Source: a virus
Lineage: Duplodnaviria; Heunggongvirae; Uroviricota; Caudoviricetes
Strand: one strand, 5' to 3'
Length of the DNA stretch: 13,048 nt
IMG/VR virus record: IMGVR_UViG_2675903352_000012
The position numbers and the translations under genes were made by a program. Below, piece by piece: positions 7,636-13,048 of the stretch (its first letter is position 1; every line of letters starts with the position of its first letter). Below the pieces are notes generated by a model that ran no database searches, was not told the origin of the DNA, and saw nothing but the letters and a program-made list of their open reading frames with translations.

Positions 7636-8640
7636 ATGCCGATCAGAAAGATGCATGATGGGCGGTGGCTGCTCGATATCAGGCCATGCGGACGTAAAGG
7701 GAAGCGCATCAGAAGAATATTTGACAAAAAATCGATAGCTACAGCAACTGAACGGTACATCATAGCGAACGCCGAAAAGCGCGAGTTTATACAGGGCTAT
7801 CGCGACCGGAGAACGCTTAGCGATTTACTGGAATTGTGGTGGGTTTATCACGGTCAGCACAGGCGAAAGGCAAACACGGATAAACAGCAGCTTGGCAAAA
7901 TTATTAATGAGCTTGGAGCTGGCATGTTTGCGGTAGAACTCGACAAATTAAAAATCATTGCATGGCGATCGCAGAAAATTGCGGAAGGATTAAAGCCGTC
8001 CTCAGCAAACAGATACATGAACAGATTATCGGGGATGTTTACAGCCCTGAAAAAGATCGGTTTGTGGGATGCAGAGCATCCGGTTCGTGGTATTCCTGTT
8101 CTTTATGTAAAGCAGCAGGAAATGGCCTTTTTATCAAAAAACGAGGTCACATTGTTGCTTGACGGGCTGAATGGAGATCAACGAAGGGTTGCGCTCTTGT
8201 GTCTTTGTACCGGAGCCCGCTGGAGTGAGGCCAGCAGATTGCATGGAGAGCAAATAGTTCATCACAGAATAACGTTTCTGGAAACCAAAAACGGTAGAAA
8301 AAGAACGGTGCCTGTGTCGCAGGAAATATGCGATGCCGTAAAAACAAAAGAAACCGGGCGACTGTTTGATGTGAAGTACAGAGAGTTTTGCCGGGCATTA
8401 AAAAAAATAAAACCCGATTTACCGAGGGGGCAGGCTGCGCATGTATTGCGGCATACATTCGCCAGTCACTTTGTGATGAACGGTGGCAACATTCTTGCGC
8501 TACAAAAAATCCTTGGGCATGCGACAATTCAGCAGACTATGGCATACGCACATTTTGCACCGGATTATCTGGCAGATGCCATGAGATTTAACCCGGTAGC
8601 CAACATAGTGATCACCGAAGAAAAAGACCCAGTAGAGTAA
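7636..8640 (+). CDS. int: Tyrosine site-specific integrase, P2-type (second recombinase)
   Basis: About 334 aa. N-terminus MPIRKMHDGRWLLDIRPCGRKGKRIRRIFDKK resembles the P2 Int arm-binding N-terminus as I recall it. Catalytic motifs TGARWSEA, HVLRHTF, LGHATIQQTMAYAH. GGAGGGG RBS (7621-7627) lies inside the primase 3' end; ATG 7636 is 2 nt after the primase stop. Confidence 0.85.
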   Translation: MPIRKMHDGRWLLDIRPCGRKGKRIRRIFDKKSIATATERYIIANAEKREFIQGYRDRRTLSDLLELWWVYHGQHRRKANTDKQQLGKIINELGAGMFAVELDKLKIIAWRSQKIAEGLKPSSANRYMNRLSGMFTALKKIGLWDAEHPVRGIPVLYVKQQEMAFLSKNEVTLLLDGLNGDQRRVALLCLCTGARWSEASRLHGEQIVHHRITFLETKNGRKRTVPVSQEICDAVKTKETGRLFDVKYREFCRALKKIKPDLPRGQAAHVLRHTFASHFVMNGGNILALQKILGHATIQQTMAYAHFAPDYLADAMRFNPVANIVITEEKDPVE

Positions 8641-8669
8641 CCCGCAGAACGCTACATTCACAGCAAAAG

Positions 8670-8696
8670 AGGTCAGTTTCCCGCTGACCTTTTTTG
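8670..8696 (+). terminator. Rho-independent terminator after the second integrase
   Basis: AGGTCAG (8670-8676), loop TTTCCCG, CTGACCT (8684-8690), followed by a T-run to 8695. Confidence 0.6.
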
Positions 8697-8876
8697 TTGG
8701 CCAGAACCAACGGTAACAGCAATGCAATGGTGGCCATATTGCAGTGGTGCCGCCATCAATTTTTTGCCCCCCTGATTATCAGAAAGAGTCAAATAATGAC
8801 GAGATACATTTTAATCACAGAGAGTTAATGAGATAAGTGAGTTTAATTAACATTTTAAAGGGTCGCGCTAAAGTTT

Positions 8877-9186
8877 GGGGGGGGATGCGCAAAGCGGTTA
8901 CAACGGTTACAAATTTAGAATTACTTATTTTTGTATTATATATCAATATATTATAACTGGTCGGATGAGTTACAAAAGCGGTTACAACGCGGTTACATGT
9001 AACCGTTTTGTTAGGTTACAGGCGGTTACAGGTTAAGTTTTTAATTGATTGATAATAAAGTGCTTTTTGAAACCTGTAACCGTTGTAACCGCAAAGCGGT
9101 TACAAATAATATCCATTAAAATCATGTTGTTAAGTGGTGTTTTTGACTGTTGTAACCGTTGTAACCGCTTTGCGCACCCCCCACCG
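8877..9186. repeat. Iteron array bounded by ~35-bp imperfect inverted repeats (candidate replication origin/crr or recombinase arm-site region)
   Basis: Twelve perfect GGTTACA/TGTAACC copies, starting at 8896, 8905, 8980, 8991, 8999, 9014, 9024, 9075, 9084, 9098, 9151 and 9160, with 9-11 bp spacing in both orientations. The left arm (8877-8912, G8 + ATGCGCAAAGCGGTTACAACGGTTACA) is the near-exact inverse of the right arm (9151-9186). The interior is AT-rich. Confidence 0.7.
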
Positions 9187-9409
9187 GATTATGAGGCAGA
9201 GCCCCAAAACAACTGGCCTGACCTCCAACAAAAATGCAACATCAATCATTGATTTTTTGGGGGCTGTCAGTCACGGGGAGTTGCCCTGTTGTTTGGCAGA
9301 AAAATGAAGTATGTACATGCGCGGCGGGGATGGTAAAAAACGTAATACACGCGGCGCAGTTGCCATAAAAAATCTCTCAAAAGCACTCTTTTTGACGCTA
9401 TTGTTCATC

Positions 9410-9436
9410 TGCACAAAAGTGCACAAATTTGCACAA
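9410..9436. repeat. Three tandem 10-bp repeats of TGCACAA
   Basis: TGCACAA at 9410, 9420 and 9430, with a fourth copy at 9502. Non-coding region upstream of the ogr-like gene. Confidence 0.4.
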
Positions 9437-9798
9437 TTTTTTAGAGTAACTTTTTGCCCATCCGGCCCAGTACTGGCGCGCCCGGAGGGCGATTTCGTGC
9501 GTGCACAAAAAACGGTGAGTTTTTCGCGCGCAGGTGACGGGGGAACAGCACGCGTTTCAGGGGGTAAATTACATTTTCGCTAAAGGCTGCGGGAATGCCC
9601 CGACCGGGTTAGTTTTATCGCCAGCCAGAGCCGTTCTTACGGCAAGAGAGAACTGATACGGGGAATGTGACGAGTGAGCATGGGAACGGCGCGCCCGTGC
9701 GTAATACGCGGCGACTGCTGCGGGTTTATTTGATACAGCCAGAGGGGGCGGCAGAAGATATAATAGGTTAAATTTCACACCAGTAAGAGGAGCGTGAT

Positions 9799-9981
9799 AT
9801 GTCTTTCCCTTGCCCGGCCTGTGGCGCTTCAGCCCGCACCCGTGGTCGTTCGTTGGAAGAACACGAACAAAACATCCACAGAACGTATTACCAGTGCAAT
9901 AATATTGAGTGTGGGGCTTGTTTTTGTACGCTTGAGTCGTTTGTACGCATTACTAAGCGCAGGAAGTCGAAAACTTCATAG
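9799..9981 (+). CDS. ogr: Ogr/Delta-family zinc-finger late-gene transcriptional activator
   Basis: 60 aa, MSFPCPACGASARTRGRSLEEHEQNIHRTYYQCNNIECGACFCTLESFVRI. The C-x2-C-x22-C-x4-C spacing and the CP.C..A.ART.R...Y.QC.N..C...F...ES pattern match P2 Ogr / P4 Delta as I recall them. AGGAG RBS 9788-9792; TATAAT at 9759-9764. Confidence 0.75.
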   Translation: MSFPCPACGASARTRGRSLEEHEQNIHRTYYQCNNIECGACFCTLESFVRITKRRKSKTS

Positions 9982-10031
9982 TGATTTGTATAACACAGCC
10001 AGCGAGTGTGACCGGCTGCGTTATTTCTGTA

Positions 10032-10265
10032 TTACGTCGTGTGGTTCTGGTCATTTGCCCAGGCCCACACATCCCCCGCTACATTGCGCCCGTTGCAGTC
10101 TTCTTCCTGCGTTTTCCCGGCCTTAATTCCCTGACTGATAAACATTCTGACGCACTGGGAGTAGTTCATCTCTCTGTCCTGACATATCTGATTTATTTTA
10201 TGGTCGATTTCGTGCGGGATACGAATACAGCGTAATACGCATCGCATTTTCTTTTGTTTTTTCAT
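10032..10265 (-). CDS. Small DNA-binding regulator, probably ribbon-helix-helix (CopG/Arc/MetJ-like)
   Basis: 77 aa from the internal ATG at 10263-10265, with GGGAGG 7 nt upstream on the minus strand. MKKQKKMRCVLRCIRIPHEIDHKINQICQDREMNYSQCVRMFISQGI fits a beta-strand/helix/helix pattern. Divergent from the 10431 operon across a repeat-rich intergenic region. Confidence 0.45.
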   Translation of the reverse strand: MKKQKKMRCVLRCIRIPHEIDHKINQICQDREMNYSQCVRMFISQGIKAGKTQEEDCNGRNVAGDVWAWANDQNHTT

Positions 10266-10430
10266 CGTGTTGCCTCCCTGATTGTTTATGCCGGGATTTA
10301 ACACCCGCGATATAAGAAAGCGTAATACAACAGTATTGTGAGCGTATTACGAGAACAAAATCGGCTGGAATGTATTACGCAATATGGAAAAAATCGGCGT
10401 AAGTAAAAAAATGTATTACAGGAGCAAATA
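10229..10430. promoter_or_regulatory. Divergent promoter/operator region with repeated CGTAATAC / GTATTACG motifs
   Basis: Perfect 8-mers at 10231, 10321, 10344 (complement) and 10372 (complement), plus a partial copy at 10413; further copies at 9341 and 9700. Lies between the RHH-like gene and the 10431 operon. Chance expectation for one 8-mer in about 1.1 kb is far below one. Confidence 0.45.
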
Positions 10431-11141
10431 ATGGATATAACTCAGGCAAGCGCCGAACATCAGGTATGTAAAGCACAGTTTGATACAGCCATGGCAAAAC
10501 TCAGTGAACAGGAATCATTAATCACCAATCTGGAAGCAACTATCGAACAGACGAAAGGGGAGCTGGAATCTCTCGATCGTGACTGGCAGAACTCAATCCT
10601 GTCTGCGCTGGGCGTAAAAACGGAAGCCTCCGCGAAATTATCCATTCAGGCGGGTGTGGCGCGAGAAAATCTTGAGCGTCTGCGGGTGCTGCATGATGAG
10701 GCGCGCATCAGGCTACTGGAGTGTCGTTATAACGCGGCAGAGGCTGGTTGTGCTTACGAAAGCATTGATAATAAGTTACGGGCAGAGATATTTGCAAAAG
10801 CACTTCCCGAACTGATTAACGAGCTGACCCCTGCTCTGTTATTGATTCGTGGTTTATGTGAGCTGCTTGGCCAGCCGCTGTATAACGCAGAAAAGAAAAT
10901 ATGCGAAACACTGAAAGCGACAGATACTGCTGAAAGTGTCGGGATGATTCGCGGCCGGATTAACGATACCGAAAGCGACACCTCCAGCCCGCTGCGTTAT
11001 TGCCCGGAGAAACTCCCGGATTCGGTAAGCCGCGCAATCAGGAACGCCCCTTCACCTGTACAATGGAGCGCAGCGCGACAGAATCCAGAAAAAATGCGCG
11101 ACCTTGCGGAGGGCAGAGAACTCTGCCGGGGGTGGCAGTAA
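10431..11141 (+). CDS. Hypothetical coiled-coil-rich protein (236 aa); possibly Psu/Sid-like or scaffold-like
   Basis: AGGAG RBS 10420-10424. The stop overlaps the downstream start (TAATG at 11139-11143). The N-terminal half has heptad-like, helix-rich composition. Any similarity to P4 Psu is a weak recollection only. Confidence 0.6.
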   Translation: MDITQASAEHQVCKAQFDTAMAKLSEQESLITNLEATIEQTKGELESLDRDWQNSILSALGVKTEASAKLSIQAGVARENLERLRVLHDEARIRLLECRYNAAEAGCAYESIDNKLRAEIFAKALPELINELTPALLLIRGLCELLGQPLYNAEKKICETLKATDTAESVGMIRGRINDTESDTSSPLRYCPEKLPDSVSRAIRNAPSPVQWSAARQNPEKMRDLAEGRELCRGWQ

Positions 11142-12412
11142 TGGGCGGTCTGAATACTCCACATTTGCACGGCGCTGATATAGTGAGCCGACTCAGGGGA
11201 TTAATGTCCCGGAATCGCCTGAAAGCAAACACAGCAAGCATAAGCGATGAGACGCGTCGCGCGCTGGACAATGAATATCAAAAACTGGAGCGTGAGCTTG
11301 AGCTTCACACCCTGCATACTGCAAGCGGTGGGGGTAATAACGACGGCATTGAGCGTTATAATTGCACTGCTGATTCTGTTGTATCACAACGAAATCAACA
11401 GGCTCAGATGGTTTTCAATTGCGCTATCGAGTCGATAACCGGAAAACATCCGAAGGATTTGCACTTTTCCGGTGACACTGCGCGCTATTCGTCAGAAGTT
11501 GAACCCGTTCCTCGCCAGAGTGCAACGCTTGCCAGTGGATGGCAGGCAAATTTCCTTGCTGAAATAACTCCCGTGCCTGTTACGGATATATCAGGTCGGG
11601 TTGTGCTGGTAGACGCTTCGGGGCCGTTGGCACGTACATCGCCACCTCACGAGCGCCGTTCGCCACTACAGGCGCATTCACTGGTTTCAAGGGGCTACCG
11701 CTGCGAGCAGGTTAATTTTGATTTTGCGCTGAACTACGACAATGTTGATGCTCACGCATCCGCAAACGGTCTTGAAGGAAGCGCACGGGCTGCTTTTGAA
11801 CGCCGGAAATGGCTGGATTTGATTCAGATTGGTTTTAACGGTACGCACTATGCCGATACATCAGATCCCGGAACATATCCGGGGCGTGATGATTGCGGCG
11901 TGGGCTGGTTGCAGAAGTTTCGAAATGAAGCGGCGGGAAGGGTTATCAGCGGCCTTTCTGTTTCATCACCGAAAAGTAATACACGCGGTACACACCATAC
12001 GATAGATGCGCTCGTTCTGGATGCCTGGCAATCCATGATTGATGAACAGTGGCAGGAAGGCATTGTGGCCGTATGCAGTCACAATACGCTGGTCCGTAAG
12101 CAATGGCCTTTGATAAACCGTCTTGATCCATCGCAGATGAATCAGGAAATTTTGCTTAACGAGGAAATCATTAAAAATCCTGTTCTGGGGAATCTCCCGG
12201 CTGTGACCGTTCCATTTTTCCCGGACAATGCTGTATTGATCACACCTCTTGCCAATCTGTGTCTGTACTGGCAGCGTGGTTCCGTTCGTGGCCTGGTAAA
12301 AAACGAGCCTCAGTATAATCGTCTCGCGTTCTATGAGTCCTGTAACCTTGACTGGGTGGTGGGGCAATATGAAGCAGGGTGCTTACTGGATGGGATTGAC
12401 TGGAAAGAATAG
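11141..12412 (+). CDS. P2 gpN-like major capsid protein homolog with an N-terminal extension of about 90 aa
   Basis: 423 aa from ATG 11141. The C-terminal 270 aa carry motifs I associate with the P2-family capsid protein: CEQVNFDF, IGFNG, GVGWLQKFRNEAAGRV, IDALVLDA, GNLPAVTVPFFPDNAVLIT, YESCNLDWVVGQYEAGCL. The N-terminal part contains a coiled-coil-like stretch (RRALDNEYQKLERELEL). Based on memory; needs a homology search. Confidence 0.55.
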   Translation: MGGLNTPHLHGADIVSRLRGLMSRNRLKANTASISDETRRALDNEYQKLERELELHTLHTASGGGNNDGIERYNCTADSVVSQRNQQAQMVFNCAIESITGKHPKDLHFSGDTARYSSEVEPVPRQSATLASGWQANFLAEITPVPVTDISGRVVLVDASGPLARTSPPHERRSPLQAHSLVSRGYRCEQVNFDFALNYDNVDAHASANGLEGSARAAFERRKWLDLIQIGFNGTHYADTSDPGTYPGRDDCGVGWLQKFRNEAAGRVISGLSVSSPKSNTRGTHHTIDALVLDAWQSMIDEQWQEGIVAVCSHNTLVRKQWPLINRLDPSQMNQEILLNEEIIKNPVLGNLPAVTVPFFPDNAVLITPLANLCLYWQRGSVRGLVKNEPQYNRLAFYESCNLDWVVGQYEAGCLLDGIDWKE

Positions 12413-12434
12413 CAAGGAAATTTCCGGTAACGTT

Positions 12435-12457
12435 GAGGGCTTCTCAGCCCTCCTTTT
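12435..12457 (+). terminator. Hairpin plus T-tract between the convergent capsid-like and toxin genes
   Basis: GAGGGCT (12435-12441), loop TCTC, AGCCCTC (12446-12452), then CTTTT. It overlaps the toxin stop codon. Confidence 0.45.
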
Positions 12458-12800
12458 ACTTAAGCAGATGCTCTCCGCCAATCAGGGTAATGACTCTTTC
12501 AAGCACATCATTAAATACCCCATCTTCTGCCTCTGTGATTAAGCGCGCTTTCCGCTGACGCCAGTCAAGGGTTTGAATGAGTGTGGTTGCTACAACGCTG
12601 GGGGCGTCCAGATTTGTTACCGGAACTTCTGTGGGAGCATTTCGTATGCTCGTACTTATGGGGCAGCATATGACAAGCCCGGTGAGTCGGTTATATTGCT
12701 CATGGGACAGTATGAGTGCCGGGCGATACTTTCCGATCTCTTTTCCTTTCTGCGGCTCAAAATCCAGCCAGCAAATATCACCACGCTTAGGTACAAACAT
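12456..12800 (-). CDS. MazF/PemK-family endoribonuclease toxin (type II TA)
   Basis: 114 aa. RGDICWLDFEPQKGKEIGKYRPALILS...TGLVICCPISTS matches the PemK/MazF N-terminal pattern (RGD.v..dF.P..G.E....RPa.vlS). GAGGAGG RBS lies inside the antitoxin 3' end; the start overlaps the antitoxin stop. Confidence 0.85.
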   Translation of the reverse strand: MFVPKRGDICWLDFEPQKGKEIGKYRPALILSHEQYNRLTGLVICCPISTSIRNAPTEVPVTNLDAPSVVATTLIQTLDWRQRKARLITEAEDGVFNDVLERVITLIGGEHLLK

Positions 12801-13048
12801 CAGTAATCAACCTCCTCATTGAATGGGGTGGCAATTTCGTCCGCGTGCGCTGTAACTGGCGTTATCCCGGCGAGTAATTCGGCTTCACTCAGGCGACGGC
12901 GTGCAGGCTTTTCTACAAAAAGCCCCTTTTCACTAATTTCAACGTTGACGATATCACCCACTGAAAAACCCGGAACGGTTTTAAGGTTTCCCGTTAGTCG
13001 AAGGGCAATGCTATTACCCCATTTTTGCAATACAACCTGTGTGCGCAT
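12800..13048 (-). CDS. MazE/AbrB-fold antitoxin (SpoVT/AbrB family)
   Basis: 82 aa. LQKWGNSIALRLTGNLKTVPGFSVGDIVNVEI matches the MazE/ChpS pattern (KRWGNS.AVRIP). The start codon is the last three bases of the window, so the promoter lies outside it. Confidence 0.8.
   Translation of the reverse strand: MRTQVVLQKWGNSIALRLTGNLKTVPGFSVGDIVNVEISEKGLFVEKPARRRLSEAELLAGITPVTAHADEIATPFNEEVDY

Noticed and set aside
8877-9186. Possible CRISPR array suggested by the repeated GGTTACA units
   Set aside because: Units are only 7-10 bp, occur in both orientations with irregular 9-11 bp spacing, and there are no spacer-sized unique intervals or cas genes. This is iteron-like, not CRISPR.
8500-9778. Track ORFs across the non-coding region (8500..8727 -, 9049..9252 +, 9311..9583 +, 9569..9778 -)
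   Set aside because: They run through the iteron array, homopolymer runs and tandem repeats, have no RBS, and give low-complexity translations. Treated as non-coding.
9794-10235. Track ORFs 9794..10126 (+) and 9981..10235 (+)
   Set aside because: They overlap the ogr-like gene out of frame or lie antisense to the RHH-like gene, with proline- and arginine-rich junk translations and no RBS.
10266-10430. Canonical Ogr-responsive late-promoter element (TGT-N12-ACA) upstream of the capsid-homolog operon
   Set aside because: Only TGT-N15-ACA arrangements were found (for example 10283-10303 and 10337-10357). The spacing does not match the P2 late-promoter element as I recall it, so no Ogr site is claimed.
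748-12367. Minus-strand ORFs nested inside the integrase, primase-helicase, second-integrase and capsid-homolog genes (for example 748..993, 1326..1604, 5462..5852, 6448..7267, 8147..8527, 11966..12367)
   Set aside because: They are antisense shadows of well-supported plus-strand genes, with no RBS and no recognisable motifs.
1-13048. P2/P4 cos site (GGCGAGGCGGGGAAAGCAC) or a retron (msr-msd plus reverse transcriptase)
   Set aside because: No match to the cos 19-mer or its complement was seen, and there is no reverse-transcriptase-like ORF. These could still lie outside the window.

Overview
This window reads as an enterobacterial accessory region carrying a mosaic P4-like / CP4-57-like integrative element (phage satellite or island) with P2-type parts. 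All calls rest on reading the six-frame track and on motif recall; no database search was run. From left to right: (1) a REP-like repeat and a short fragment resembling the C-terminal part of quinoprotein glucose dehydrogenase, then an AT-rich junction; (2) a P4-type tyrosine integrase, a low-GC gene split by a frameshift at a G6/T8 homopolymer tract, and an AlpA-family regulator; (3) about 540 bp of structured non-coding DNA, then an Icd/Kil-like gene, four small translationally coupled ORFs, a hairpin, and a large alpha-type primase-helicase (zinc finger, TOPRIM, Walker A/B); (4) a second, P2-type integrase translationally coupled to the primase; (5) about 1.15 kb of non-coding DNA holding a dense GGTTACA iteron array bounded by ~35-bp inverted repeats, tandem TGCACAA repeats and recurring CGTAATAC motifs; (6) an Ogr/Delta-type zinc-finger activator, a divergent small ribbon-helix-helix-like regulator, and a two-gene operon encoding a coiled-coil protein plus a P2 gpN-like major capsid homolog with an N-terminal extension, with no terminase, portal or scaffold-protease genes nearby; (7) a convergent MazE/MazF-like toxin-antitoxin pair ending at the window edge. 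No rRNA, tRNA or CRISPR array was seen. The most interesting candidate is the orphan capsid-homolog module sitting next to a toxin-antitoxin pair in what corresponds to the variable cargo region of P4-like satellites.
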